Virus record (IMG/VR): IMGVR_UViG_2061766007_000763
Length of the DNA stretch: 64,000 bases
From: an uncultured virus (IMG/VR IMGVR_UViG_2061766007_000763)
Lineage: Duplodnaviria > Heunggongvirae > Uroviricota > Caudoviricetes
Reading direction: 5' to 3' (one strand)
Shown: one piece after another, positions 30,101 to 42,081 of the stretch
Layout of the letters: every line of letters begins with the position of its first letter
How positions within the stretch are numbered: the first letter of the stretch is position 1
Made by a program: the position numbers and the translations under genes
Notes under the pieces: generated by a model
Databases searched by the model: none
What the model was told of the DNA's origin: nothing
The model's input: only the letters and a program-made list of their open reading frames with translations

Positions 30101-33100
30101 AAGGCACACCACTTGAGCCATTGGCACTCGCAATAAAGAATGCGCCCTCATAGTCAGCATAGTTGGTTGAGGTCAACGTGAGAGATGTTATACCCCACTT
30201 GTCCTTCGCGTTCTGAGACAGCGTGACAACACCACTTCCATTGACAGTACCGCCATAAAGCATCTGACCCAATATAGCATCGGGTATCTGTGAGAGCGGT
30301 ATCTTACCGTTGTTGAGAGTGGCGGGTGTAATGGTGTTCTGACCCAGCGTAATCTCTCCGTTGGTGATATGAGCGTCAGAAATCCCGTATCCGCCAAGAG
30401 TGGATGGTTTCGCGCCTATTTCGGAGAAATTATAACTCGGCTTGGTAGATGCCAAAGCCCAATCGGATATACCCAACGTACTCTTGATGTTCGCCTGAGT
30501 GAAGTTCGCGCTGAAATAAGATGCAACGTAACTCTCAGTCGCATAACCATCCAATGAAGGATAATCGGGCAAGGTTATTAAGCCATTAGAGGGAGTATAT
30601 CTATTGCCGTTGACAGATACTGCGGTGACTGTTCCGCCTCCGCCAGTTCCGCTTATCGCCATATTTGCAATACCGAATGCAGATACTCCCCACATCGCCT
30701 CTACATTCTTCTGGGTGCGTATGCTTTCGGGTACTTCGAGGCCGTCTACTTCCTTTGGCTTAGTCTCTTCATCGAGATAAATGGGCCTATTCGAGTTACC
30801 CTTGGGTTTTAAACCCAAATTATTAAGAAGACGAGTTCTATCTAAAGAAGACCGGCCTTTACTTGTTTCCAGTATGACAGGCTCTTCTTCAGATGATGAA
30901 ATAGCCGCAGAAGTTATAGGCTTACCTGAAGGAGCTGACATATTCAGAACCGTCTTTGTTACCCTTGATTCAAGTAACTGAATAGAACTCAGTTCCGGAA
31001 TAAGAGAATCGGCCAGCTCAACGGTTATTTCAGGAAGTGCATCTGTTGTCATGCTGTATCTAAACGAAGACACATACAAACCGACTGCGGGGTCGGTGTT
31101 ATTATGCTTCACCCAAATTTTAGCACTATCACAGAGCTTACTTAATTTTTCCGGATTCTCTTCAAGATAAATCCTTGAGAAGTCAATACCAGTGTTAAAC
31201 CGGTGGAAGTTATTATTGTAAACATCCGCAACAATCTGCTGAGACAATCTCCTTTCAGCTTCAAGAATGTACTCAAAAGGCATCCATATTCCGGTAATGA
31301 CATATTTGTCTCCCACTTCCGGCTTAATTCCCTCCTCTGTCTGTTGACCGGCAAAAGGTCTCGGCTGTGCACTTCCGTATGTGGATATATCCTTTTGCAG
31401 AGCAATCCAAACCTCATAGATTTGCGTGTTCTGCTGCTCATCCTGCGGTGTGCCGAAGATTACATTTCCGTTCTCATCCCTCTTGAGTTCCCCAAACTCA
31501 TCAACCTGAACAGTATTCTTGTTGCTGTCCTTTTCTACCATTATCTGAAACTTGCAGGCAGCGCAAATTCCGGATGTCATGGATATTATAGCAGGCTCCG
31601 TTCCGACACAAGAGAACAGGTTGAATGGCATCTTTGGCAGCTTCACATAGAAGTAGGGGTGTTCCATTGTCTCGCTACCGCCATNNNNNNNNNNNNNNNN
31701 NNNNNNNNNNNNNNNTCCAAAAACTCGTCAATAGGTTGATGGTCGCTGTTTTCTATTCCGGTTATAGACGCTTTGATTTCATCGTAACGGCTTATGTGTT
31801 CAACCGGTTTCTTTTCATTGAATGGGAATCCAAACAAATAGGGGTCCCCCTCTTCATTGAAATAATAACGGTTATAAACCTTTCCGTCGTTTTCATCAAT
31901 ATACTCTCCTGCGATAACATCCGGAACATATCCGGCAGAGGGAGTGAACGGGTAGTTCTTTGCATTATAGAAACGACGTACAGGATGACTCGGGTTGACA
32001 ACCTTGTCTAAGATGCTTAATCTGTATATCTCAGGCATAAGATTGGGCTGAGGTGTCATCCACGCATCCCAGTTCGTCTTTGATATAGTCAGAGAATCAC
32101 CGTCTGCAGGGTTATCTTTGATGCCGAGAATATATCCCTTATCTTGATATATCATTTCATGCCCGGTATCTTCGGTCTCTCTTCTGAAGTGTGGGGCATC
32201 TATATCAAAATAAAGGTCACGATTAAGTCCAAAAGTAAACGAGGCCGCATTCTGTCTTGACGTTGGAACGCTATTGGGAATTGGGAATCTGCGTCTGAAC
32301 TCAAAGAGGTATAGGCCGTTTTCTGATGCCGTAAACTCAAATCTACCGTCATCTTCTGTCAAGTCCGTGCCTTGACCATCCTGCAGCATAGTAAAGACAA
32401 ACTCATTATCAATCTCGGCATTATTTCTGTGACCATCCAAATGACTTATATGTCCGCGATTGAGCATATAATTTTCAATCTGAGTCTGTATGTTTACTGA
32501 TGAGCCGGAAATCTTCACGACTTTCGTGTATCTTGAAGCTGCTGCGGAATCAACATTGAGATTTACGCTGTTTAAATTGAGCTTTATATCGGGTTCCATG
32601 TGGATGGATTGTCCAGCTTCAAGGAAGAAGATAAAGCCCACTGTCGCATAAGCATCATACAAACGTCCGTACTGCAGTGAGGTGAACCCTTCGTTTACTA
32701 TAGATGATTCATTCTGCTTGAATATCGAATAATACCCCGGTATTCCCTGTTGCTCATTATCTACGTACTCGGGCCAATGAGCATAAATTGCTCTTACAGG
32801 AACATCATAATATGTCTTGCTGACATCGGTGTCTCTAAAAAAAATCTCACAAAAACTGGGTCTAACTTTATACGGATACNNNNNNNNNNGTTGTTTGCCG
32901 CGAAGTTTTCAAAATTGCGAGACAAGGCATTGTAGTCAACCTTTGTTTGGCCGGGGACATTAAGGATTCCGCCCAGCTCGTGTGAACCGGTGTCACTCTC
33001 GTTAGGATAATACCAAGGCAGGTTTTCGCTACTACCATAGCCGGTTGCACGATTAATTACATCGTTACCCGAGTGTTCTTTTTTGGTCATGGTCAGTCCC

Positions 33101-33762
33101 TCTGTCCTATATGTCAAAGGATGCTGGGCATCACCTATTTCGGTCTTATAATAACCAAAATGAATCTCGGTTTTACCTGAAGTTTCGCTATTGAATATAT
33201 AATAAGGTATGCCCCAAGTTTCTACCGCATCTGATAAAGCCTCGTTGAAATACTTATCCTCAAAGGTGAGAGTCTTGTCATCAGTCTCAATGCCATCATC
33301 TATAACTACGACAAAACGTGAACCGAGTTCTGATACATTCAAGGATGCGTTAAGTTTCTGAATGAATCCATCTAATTGGCCGGAATAACGAACAGTCGTA
33401 TTGTTTGATGCCGGGCTGTCATCACCCTCAACCGCATCATAGACGTATATACCAGCAAGAAGAGAACGCTCACTGCGAAATAATATTGAATGGTGCCAGC
33501 GTTCATCGTCGTTGTTCTTCTCTGAGCTTGGCCTATGGTAGAGGAAATATTTTTCACCCTCAAACTCGACAAAAACATTGTCGGTCCATTCATCATCGAG
33601 GCAGGTGGGCCACATGAGTTCGGCTCGTATTTCCGGAGCGACACCCATACGGGCACTCTCGAACTGAAACTCATCCAAACGGGCCGGATTCTGCGCAGAG
33701 GGGAATGGAGTGGAATCTACACCCTCTCCATTCCACACTTTTATATATAAGTGCTTGTCCAT
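24158..33762 (-). CDS. Giant tail protein (about 3200 aa): baseplate hub/Tal-like N-terminus fused to a long modular tail fibre; split into four ORFs only by N-gaps
   Basis: Reading continues across the gaps at 32880, 31685 and 29509; N-terminus has INRATGYGSSENLPWYYP and PEVGDKYVITGIWMP..YI..AE..L; C-terminus has GNVGIGTTSPSHKLQV and NLNADLLDGQH fibre motifs. Confidence 0.8.
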
Positions 33763-33780
33763 TGTTTTTTACAAATATAC

Positions 33781-35301
33781 TTATTTTGTGGGTGCCTGAA
33801 TGCCAGTGTTTGTCTTAACTACTTCACCCTTCTTTGCAGCCTTTTCTTCTGCGATTTTCTCCTCGCGTGCAACTCTGGCCTTCTCATTGGGCTTGGATTC
33901 CGTATTAAGCTCAATACCAGACTCCTGAGAGAGCAATCCAGCTTGCTTCAGAGCTATAATCATATTATTATACTCTGTTGCGCTCATAGGTTTCCATACC
34001 GGCTGAGAAGCGTTTATTTGCATATTCTCAAAACGAGATATGGCAGNNNNNNNNNNNNNTTCTTTTGAAAGGCCGTACTTGAACAAACGAGTCATTTTAT
34101 CGAAAACATTCTGCCATTCGATTGAACCGCTTGTGGCACATTCAATATCCATCGAAAGGGTGAGCATGATAGCTATACCGCTTATATCTCCGGATAGGCG
34201 TATATCATCAGGCATAATAAAGGTTGTGCTGGAACCCTCCTGTATTGAGCGTTTGATATTTTTGAGAGTATCCATTGTGCCTTCCGGGGATGGAGGTGTG
34301 AGGAATTTGGCATCACCCTTGTCGTCGAGAGATGTGTCGTTGAGAACGATTGAACCGGCTATTTTCTTTGCTTCATCTTTGAAATGACCGCGAATATAAA
34401 GAATACCCCAGCCCCAACGTTTCTGAATGACGTTGAAGATGTTATACAAGACCTCATAACTTTCAATGTCGCTCTGAACCTCATTCCATGCAACTGTTCC
34501 ACGCTTAGAGATAAGAGGAATTTCTTTAAACCCGTGCTCTACCGGTTCCTCAAAAACCCAAGTGGTTTTACCATCTTTGTCGATATTCTTACCATCTCTG
34601 ATGCAGCGGTACATATATTTGTTGTCATAGCTGTCGATGTATTCGACATCATCAACAGTGTAATATACACTTTCGAGAACACGGTCGCCATTATCATCGT
34701 TGTGAGGACAGAGAACATAACCATCATCAAATGTAAGTAGGCGAGACTTGATGCAGCCATCGAGGTCGAAATAATACAGAAGTCCAGCATCGCCTTGGGT
34801 TTTCTGGGCGTATATCATCTTGTATTTCATACCCTCTTGGTTGCGTCTCTTCCAATACTCCTTAAAGAGAATATAGTCTTTTTGCTGTTTCTCCGTAGGG
34901 TCTGTGCCTTCAAGTGTGTGCTGAAGGGGTAGAGCTGCGAGATGCAGAGTCTGCTTCTGAGCTATCTTCTTTTGGAATGGTATAGCCTGTCTGTTATACT
35001 GTATATCCATAAAAGAGCCATCCTTCAATTTCATCGTGATAGAAGGAACGTTCTCATCAAAGAGAATCTTATGACATGCGGGGTCAAGCTCCAGCGCGAA
35101 CTCCTCTTGCTGTATTATCCTGCGTTTAATCTGAGGAGTGTGGGCTGTAACTTTTTCACCTACCTCTGCGTAAACATTACCGCTTCCAGTATTAATATTA
35201 ATTTGTGCCCCTCTTGTAAAGGGTTTTTTGAGAAGCAGCTCATCTGGATTGTGTATCAACGAATCCACTATCTGCTGTCTTTTACTTACAGTCTCTCCCA
35301 T
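33781..35301 (-). CDS. Portal protein (SPP1-like)
   Basis: 506 aa; downstream of TerL; HGFKEIPL, DAKFLTPP, SGDISGIAI motifs. Confidence 0.85.
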   Translation of the reverse strand: MGETVSKRQQIVDSLIHNPDELLLKKPFTRGAQININTGSGNVYAEVGEKVTAHTPQIKRRIIQQEEFALELDPACHKILFDENVPSITMKLKDGSFMDIQYNRQAIPFQKKIAQKQTLHLAALPLQHTLEGTDPTEKQQKDYILFKEYWKRRNQEGMKYKMIYAQKTQGDAGLLYYFDLDGCIKSRLLTFDDGYVLCPHNDDNGDRVLESVYYTVDDVEYIDSYDNKYMYRCIRDGKNIDKDGKTTWVFEEPVEHGFKEIPLISKRGTVAWNEVQSDIESYEVLYNIFNVIQKRWGWGILYIRGHFKDEAKKIAGSIVLNDTSLDDKGDAKFLTPPSPEGTMDTLKNIKRSIQEGSSTTFIMPDDIRLSGDISGIAIMLTLSMDIECATSGSIEWQNVFDKMTRLFKYGLSKEXXXXXAISRFENMQINASQPVWKPMSATEYNNMIIALKQAGLLSQESGIELNTESKPNEKARVAREEKIAEEKAAKKGEVVKTNTGIQAPTK

Positions 35302-35303
35302 AA

Positions 35304-35864
35304 TTATTGCTTATGAACAAGATTATATTTTTTTATCAATTCTTCTTCGCTCGGCACTGCTATCTCGTGGCCGCAGTATTCACACACAGAGTTGTATTTA
35401 TGTTCCACGACCACTACACTATCCCTCACATCTGCAGCTACCTTGAATTTATCATTCAGTTTGATGCGGAGGTCCGCTTGTATCTTCAGTGCATCCTTAG
35501 CCTCTATAGTTCCGGCTAAGAGCTCCTGCTGGGTTTTTTCTATAAGGGCAATCATTTCGGATTTATTCTCCTCGAACGAGAGGTCAGCCGTCTTGACACC
35601 TTTTTCATCCTTACCTCCGAAGAGTATAGCGTTTACCACATTCTCCTTGATGTAAGACTTCAAAAAAGAGACCTTTCCATCCTTGACATATGCCTTATAT
35701 CCATCCGTAGAACCAAATACCGACTTATAGGCCAGTTCGGTATTTTCATACATCATGGAAAGAAGAGCGAAGGAAATATCCCTCAAGCCCACTTCATAGC
35801 CGCTGCTTTTGCAGTCGCCGATTATATTTAATATACCATCATCTTTTATCATAGTTATTGCCAA
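35304..35864 (-). CDS. Hypothetical protein between TerL and portal
   Basis: Helical, with a C-terminal CEYCGHE zinc motif. Confidence 0.65.
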   Translation of the reverse strand: MAITMIKDDGILNIIGDCKSSGYEVGLRDISFALLSMMYENTELAYKSVFGSTDGYKAYVKDGKVSFLKSYIKENVVNAILFGGKDEKGVKTADLSFEENKSEMIALIEKTQQELLAGTIEAKDALKIQADLRIKLNDKFKVAADVRDSVVVVEHKYNSVCEYCGHEIAVPSEEELIKKYNLVHKQ

Positions 35865-37466
35865 AGAGTCTCATCATATATACTATTATTGCTATCTCCA
35901 TAAGCGTAGGCTGCCTCATCTTCGTTTATAGTGCAGTCAAGCTCCTCTCCATACGGATATTTGAGAACTGGGTACATGCGCATAGCACAAGGGTCTAAAA
36001 GGTCCATTGAGCGGTTGCGCCCCAACATTGCGTTCATCTCTTTCTTTGAGAAGAGTGCCTTACGTCCGGACGGCATGTCACGGAAACGGACCACAAGGCA
36101 TTCCTCACTAAATTCCTGACGTATGGTAATGGGGGTCTTGAAATTCTGATGTTCGTAAAGTCTATTGGCGACATCCTCACATATAGAGAAATTGCGTCTC
36201 TTGATTGCATTCACGAGGCGCATATAGCATTCGTCCTTGAGTTTGTTCGCGGTTCTCGCATATAAGCCAACTGTAGCGTGCCCCGATATAAAAGGAATTG
36301 CATCTGGAATGTAATCGTTGATATAACGGCCTCTTACGGCATCGTATATAATATGCGAATCCGGTACTCCATGAGCTGCAGCAAATGTAGCAAGATGCTC
36401 GGCATTCATTCTTGGCGTTGACTGAGTCATAATGTCAATATCCAGCAAATGAAAACCATCCCAAAACATTGCTATATAGTTGTCGGTTCCGGTATCTGCA
36501 AGGTCACAGGTTATCCACTTGTCACCATTGACCTGCGGGTCTGCAAGAAATACCGCATCGGCGAGGTCCATCGTGATAGGTGCATCAAGCTCATCTTCCG
36601 GCGAGACATTCCAGTTACCTTCGAGCAACTGCTGGGCGTTACGTCCACCCATAACAGCAACGGAACCGACATATCCGTCGTTATTCTGAAGCATCGCCCT
36701 GTTCTCGCTCATACGACCGAGATAAAAGCAAAAAGACTTTACAACATCCCTATAAGTTGCTGTTCCGTTTTCTCCATTAAGTCTGTATAGTATTCTATCT
36801 ATAGCTACACGGGCTTTGTGATATACTTCTTCTTTGGAATCTCCCCAGACAACATCATCGACTCTTTCTCCATTGATAAAGAAGTATCTAACTACGCCAT
36901 CTCTTTCCGGAATAATGAAACCATCCGGGCCAATATACCAATCCAAGAATTTCCTCAACCAATGATTGCGGTCTGGGTTAGTGGTCATACGAACCTTTCC
37001 GGTCCATTTGCCACGGCCACGATTTCGGGTGTATATAGCCGAGAAGCACTCCCAAGTAAAACCGGTTCCCTCATCGAAATAGATGTAGTCATACTGACGA
37101 CCCTTGAAACGCTGCAATATTTTATCTCTTGCTTGCTCGGACACATGAGTGACATCTATTCTCGCCCCCGATGGGAAATCGACATGCGGCTCACCACTTT
37201 CAACGACGGTACAACCTTCGCTGTAAATGTCCTTAAAAGTATCAATTATACCACCGGCAGCCTTTGTATCACCAAGGTTGTTACGAAGAAATAAGCCTCT
37301 AAAATTTCTATCTTCAGTAGCTTCCGCAACGCTTAATNNNNNNNNNNNNNNNNNNNNNNNNNNNNCCTCCGAGACAGCCGCCACCAACCGCAAAGTCTAC
37401 ATTAGACCTTACGAATTTCTCTTGGAATCCGGCCTGTGCTCTGATTATACGTTTTGCGGTCGCCAT
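35855..37466 (-). CDS. terL: Terminase large subunit
   Basis: True start MATAKRIIRAQAGFQEKF..VGGGCLGG[gap] (Walker A); YIYFDEG (Walker B); MTTNP; nuclease ITCDLAD...DLLD. Confidence 0.92.
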
Positions 37467-37484
37467 TTTACGGAAGCTTTTGCG

Positions 37485-37598
37485 CAAAAATAGAGACGTT
37501 AATTACTTAATAATAATATAAAGAGAAAAAATGTGCTTCATAGTGAAATATATTAATAGCGGAATTATTAGGACTATATTTAACTCACTATATTTTTG
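37485..37598. promoter_or_regulatory. Divergent late promoters
   Basis: TATTTTTG on the minus strand (37485-37492, terL) and on the plus strand (37591-37598, scaffold). Confidence 0.65.
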
Positions 37599-37625
37599 CG
37601 GCAAACGTTCTTAATTTTTTTGTAT

Positions 37626-38264
37626 ATGAAGTTTACGAAAGAGCAGGCATTTGAAAAACTCAAAGCCATCCTGACTAACAGCGGTAAGAAACCCTTACGC
37701 ATGTCAGAACAGTCAATCAACAAGCAGTTAGAAACCCTGATGCCGTTGATTGCAAGTGAAGAAACCGAGTTGGACGACTTCGTTGAGAAGGTGAAACCCA
37801 CTTTCGAGACGATGAACGGAAACGCAGAGCACGACCAGTCAGCCTTTGTGGATGATTGGAAGCAGAAGCATCCGGAGCAGACTCCTCCCGCACCTCCGGC
37901 TCCCAAGACCGAGAGCGAAGAGCTCAAGAATGCGCTTGACCGCATTAAGGCTCTCGAAGAAAAAGAGGCTAACGCCGCAAAAACTGCAGCTATCTCTCAG
38001 AAAAAGAAAGACCTCTTGGACAAACTTATCGAGAAGGGACTCAAGAAGGAATGGGGCGAAGCCGTCCTTAACGAGATTTCGCTGGACGAGAACACCGATG
38101 TAGAGGCTAAGGCCACAAGCTTGCAAGAGCTCTACAACAAGACTCAATCCGGTTACTCACCCAAGACACCGAAAACACCAAGTAGGAATCACGAAGGTGA
38201 TGACGAACTTGATGATATTCGCAATGCGAGGAAACAAGAACTGGGTCTGACAGAAGGTCAATAA
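37626..38264 (+). CDS. Capsid scaffolding protein
   Basis: Charged coiled coil with a Pro-rich linker; precedes the capsid genes. Confidence 0.7.
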   Translation: MKFTKEQAFEKLKAILTNSGKKPLRMSEQSINKQLETLMPLIASEETELDDFVEKVKPTFETMNGNAEHDQSAFVDDWKQKHPEQTPPAPPAPKTESEELKNALDRIKALEEKEANAAKTAAISQKKKDLLDKLIEKGLKKEWGEAVLNEISLDENTDVEAKATSLQELYNKTQSGYSPKTPKTPSRNHEGDDELDDIRNARKQELGLTEGQ

Positions 38265-38323
38265 GCTTTTCGTAGCCGCATAAGCGAGTTTTCAACACAA
38301 TTAACAACACAAAATGAACTGCT

Positions 38324-39243
38324 ATGTCTGATTTTGAAAATTTCAGAAAAGGTATCTTCAACGGTCGAGTGCTGTTGCAGCAGTCAGGCGAGATAGGCGG
38401 ACATCGTCACGTGTTCGTCAAACTGCAGGGTGGAAACAAGAATGAGCTTGTTCATCCCACCTTCGGTTGCCGTCTGATGAACCCCTTCAAGGGTAATGCA
38501 AAGTTCTTTGCCGGAGATTTGGTCGAGTACCGTATTGATGGCACCGGCTACATTCTCAAGACCTATGAGGTAGCGGCAGNNNNNNNNNNNNNNNNNNNNN
38601 NNNNNNNNNNNNNGGTTATCGCCACATACCTTTTGTTGGTGACGTTCTTATGGTCGCTCCCGACACTCTGTCCGGAACCGGCAAGGCCGTCACAGTGACC
38701 GCAGTCAATGCTACCACAACCACCGTTGGCACAACCGCCAATGTTCCGGTTTGGGAGCTGACTATCTCTGCTGCCCTCGGCGCAATGTCCAAGGGTGCTA
38801 TTCTCGTCGAGGCTGTTGAGGCCGGTAACGATAAGGCTATGCTTGTAACTAACCCCAACATGCTCCTTCCTTGGGACCTTGATTGTATCTTTGACCCCGC
38901 CTCAACAGGTGTAGCCGGAGATGACGACTACGAGAAGGCCAAGTATCTCTTCACTCCTATTCTTGAGGGTGTTTGCTATCTGTCAAAGATGTCACCTCTC
39001 CCTGACTGCGTGAAGAAGCTGAACGGAAGCCGTGTTACCGGTTGGTTCGTAATGAACGCTCTTGCCACCAACGGTGATGACAGCATTGCTCTGACCAACT
39101 TCTACACCAAGAGTGCCGCAGACGCTAAGTTCGCTGAGAAGGCCACAACCCTCGCCGGTTATGGTATCACCGATGCAAGCATCAACACTGGAACTCGCAC
39201 CGTAACCCTCGGTGAAAACAGCCTTGTTGTTCCTTCTGAGTAA
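38324..39243 (+). CDS. Head decoration or head fibre protein; frame broken by N-gap
   Basis: Lies between scaffold and major capsid; ORFs 38324 and 38650 join across the gap. Confidence 0.65.
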
Positions 39244-39268
39244 AAATTAACTAAAAGGAATAAGTATT

Positions 39269-40435
39269 ATGGGAAAGTTTGATTTTAATAGTAGCAGATT
39301 CGCTCGTCTGTTCTCAGAGAGCGATGTGCGTTTCCTCCAGACTTACATTGACAAGGCCGCATTGCTGGAGGTTAATCACGGATGGTGGAGGTCTCAGTTC
39401 CGTAAGGCCGGTCAGATGACTCCTACCGCCGACGATGGTACGGCTACATTCACCGTTAAGGCTCGTAAGCTGGAGGTTGCTCCTATGATGGACCTCCGCG
39501 CACCCCTTGGCGATTCCATGCCGCTCGATAACGAAGGTCTGTCCTTCTATAGTGCAACTATTCCGGACTTCATTGCTCCGGGTATTGTAGAGAAGGCTCC
39601 CGAACGTTATCACAAAGAGCAGATGTTTGAGGAGTTCGGTAATGACCGTGACATCCTTCTTGCATGGACACAGGAGCTGCAGACCCGTTATGACTCTGCC
39701 AACGCAACCCTGACCAATCTGGGTGCTCAGGCTATGACAAAGGCTAAGATTTTCTACGGCGCAGGCCGTGGTGCTCATCTGCCTCTGCATCAGATTCCTG
39801 TCCCGGCAGCCAACTTCAAAAATGCAGGAGCAGTAGTATGGACTGACACAGAGAACTGCAAACTTATCGACCAGATGGCCAAGATTGAGGATGACTTCCG
39901 CATGGCTACCGGTTATGAGGGTGCAATGAAGTGGCAGATTCCTGTTAATATGTTCCGCAGCTATTTCAAGACCAACAAACAGGTAAGGCAGTGGATTATC
40001 GACAGTGTTAAGGTCAATAACGACCCCATCACCGCTAATTTCGTCTATGACGATAACACCGTCCTTGCTTTCCTTGCAAAGAACGATACCATCTCACCTA
40101 TCGAGTTGGTAAAGGAGAAGGAGCGCAATCTGACTCAGGAGAGCGACGTAATGGTCAATGGTTGGGAGCAGAATATCGCCGTGCTCCGTCCTGTTGGTTA
40201 CGCTGGTGAGATTCAGTTTACCGACCAGCTTGAGATTAAGCTTCATCAGAAGTATGGCTCAAGCGTAGTGAACAAGAATTTCGCCTCCATCATGGATGGT
40301 ATGGCATGGGTTATCGCTACAACTCTGAACAACGGTAACTACAAGGAGTGGCATACTGACCTTATCATGTCGGCTGTTCCTACTCTGACTGAGTTCCCGT
40401 ATCACGTAATTGTGAACACCACTACCGCAGACTAA
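39269..40435 (+). CDS. Major capsid protein
   Basis: 388 aa; APMMDLRAPLGDS, LIMSAVP.LTEFP; canonical position. Confidence 0.85.
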   Translation: MGKFDFNSSRFARLFSESDVRFLQTYIDKAALLEVNHGWWRSQFRKAGQMTPTADDGTATFTVKARKLEVAPMMDLRAPLGDSMPLDNEGLSFYSATIPDFIAPGIVEKAPERYHKEQMFEEFGNDRDILLAWTQELQTRYDSANATLTNLGAQAMTKAKIFYGAGRGAHLPLHQIPVPAANFKNAGAVVWTDTENCKLIDQMAKIEDDFRMATGYEGAMKWQIPVNMFRSYFKTNKQVRQWIIDSVKVNNDPITANFVYDDNTVLAFLAKNDTISPIELVKEKERNLTQESDVMVNGWEQNIAVLRPVGYAGEIQFTDQLEIKLHQKYGSSVVNKNFASIMDGMAWVIATTLNNGNYKEWHTDLIMSAVPTLTEFPYHVIVNTTTAD

Positions 40436-40438
40436 GAT

Positions 40439-40808
40439 ATGGCATCTAAAGCAGTTATAGATTATCTGTCCGGTCTGACACAGTTTACCTTTGACAAGGC
40501 GGTGCTTGACCGCATCGCCTTGGACAGAGGTATCAACGGTGAAGAACAGACTATAGAGAGTATCGACCGCCGAACTAAAGACCTTTGTACTGCAGATTTG
40601 CTTCTCGCAGCCTATCTCTCTCCGGAGGTATGGGCCAGCTATCAGAGCAAACATGGCAATTACAGTAGGGCTGTAGGCTCTCAGACCCTTTATAATAAGG
40701 ATAGAATCTATAACTACTTGATGAACATATACCGCCGGTATGATGACCCGATGNNNNNNNNNNNNNNNNNNNNNNNNNNNNNNNNNNNTACAGTTCCTTG
40801 ACATCTGA
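40439..40808 (+). CDS. Head-tail connector (adaptor)
   Basis: IALDRGI...KDLCTADLL; position after the capsid gene; end inferred past the N-gap. Confidence 0.65.
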
Positions 40809-40813
40809 TAGCT

Positions 40814-41161
40814 ATGGCGTACATTGACAAGAATAAACCGCAAGAATATCCGTACACGGGAACCTTTTCCCGTATGACGGTTGATACGTCCAAACCTCTC
40901 ATTGAGAGAAGGGATGAGCCGGTAGTCGTATTGACTACGGAATGTGACATTACGGAAGCCGGCCACCTGCGTGCAGGTATCTTTGCCACTGCGGATTATG
41001 CGGTTTTTTTTCCTGTTGGTGAGTCTGAAAACGTGAACGTACAACGTGGAGACACCTTTAAGGCTAACTTCCGGGGCGTGAACGTATCAGGAAAGGTGAT
41101 GGGAGTTTTCCCGTCCCAGTTAGACGGATGTACCGCTTATATACAGGTGATAAATGCTTGA
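40814..41161 (+). CDS. Head closure (stopper) protein
   Basis: 115-aa beta-rich protein; synteny. Confidence 0.55.
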   Translation: MAYIDKNKPQEYPYTGTFSRMTVDTSKPLIERRDEPVVVLTTECDITEAGHLRAGIFATADYAVFFPVGESENVNVQRGDTFKANFRGVNVSGKVMGVFPSQLDGCTAYIQVINA

Positions 41162-41687
41162 GAGTAATGACACACCGGTTAGCAAAGATTTCCTCGACTC
41201 CATTTGCCAGTATCTCGCTGAAGAAGGAGGCAGGATATGTAAAGCGGCCTATGATTCCCATACTTTCGAGAATCGCCTGTATAACCTTCACGATAGTTAT
41301 GGCTCTTCTGTTTTTGTAGCTGGAGTTGAACAGCCCGGATGCAGACGTTACGCTGAGGCAGCCCAATCCACGGGACCGAAGATAGATGGAGTACATAAGA
41401 TAACTGGCCGGCAGGCTATTGACGAGTATTTTACAAATTATGCGAAGAGAACTCATAACGACCATGTAGAACTTGTTGTAGTAGCTGCAATGTTTTATGC
41501 CTCTTTCTTGGAAAATCCGAATGAGGCACCGAACCTGAAGCATAAGTACAGAGTTATTGCATTGGCGAAGGATGAGCTCGATAAGCTAAAGCGGGAACTC
41601 GGCATAAGAGGGGTTAAAACGAGAGTGGTAAGAGCAAGAGACGACCAGTATTTAGAGGCAAAGCGTCAAGGATATGGAGAAGAATAA
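41154..41687 (+). CDS. Neck protein (HK97 gp10-like)
   Basis: FENRLYNLHDSYG; LVVVAAMFYASFLE. Confidence 0.7.
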   Translation: MLESNDTPVSKDFLDSICQYLAEEGGRICKAAYDSHTFENRLYNLHDSYGSSVFVAGVEQPGCRRYAEAAQSTGPKIDGVHKITGRQAIDEYFTNYAKRTHNDHVELVVVAAMFYASFLENPNEAPNLKHKYRVIALAKDELDKLKRELGIRGVKTRVVRARDDQYLEAKRQGYGEE

Positions 41688-42063
41688 TATCAACATATCG
41701 CAGATAGAATCCTTCTTGGATTCGCTGTTCAGAGGAACGGTCAGTGAAAACGTTTTCCCGGATGATATTCCTTCCGCTATTCCGGAGGAATGGACGAGAT
41801 TCGTAGTCTATGACTGTGCTTCCATAATGGACAATGACGCTATCGGTAATGGTTTTATCCTTGTCAGTCTCTATGCGAGACCGCTTACCGACGGCACAAA
41901 GAATGTCGCTGTGATGAGTGAGATGGAAACCGCACTCAATACACAGATTGCTACCACAAACGGCGGAACCTACCGTCTAAGCCGCAACGCAATGTGGCCC
42001 GATATGGATAGCCGAATAAAGTGGCATGTCAACATCGTGAAAGTAAACATAACAATCGTATAA
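41674..42063 (+). CDS. Tail terminator protein
   Basis: Size and synteny immediately before the tail tube gene. Confidence 0.55.
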   Translation: MEKNNINISQIESFLDSLFRGTVSENVFPDDIPSAIPEEWTRFVVYDCASIMDNDAIGNGFILVSLYARPLTDGTKNVAVMSEMETALNTQIATTNGGTYRLSRNAMWPDMDSRIKWHVNIVKVNITIV

Positions 42064-42081
42064 CAATTAAAGCTCATAACT

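Noticed and set aside
20418..33762. Diversity-generating retroelement or shufflon acting on tail genes
   Set aside because: No reverse transcriptase or invertase in the window; the fibre repeats differ at synonymous positions rather than specifically at adenines, and are direct in-frame repeats.
40259..41044. Long antisense ORFs such as 40259-41044, 45148-45756 and 31203-31739
   Set aside because: Shadows of well-supported genes on the opposite strand, with no recognisable motifs.
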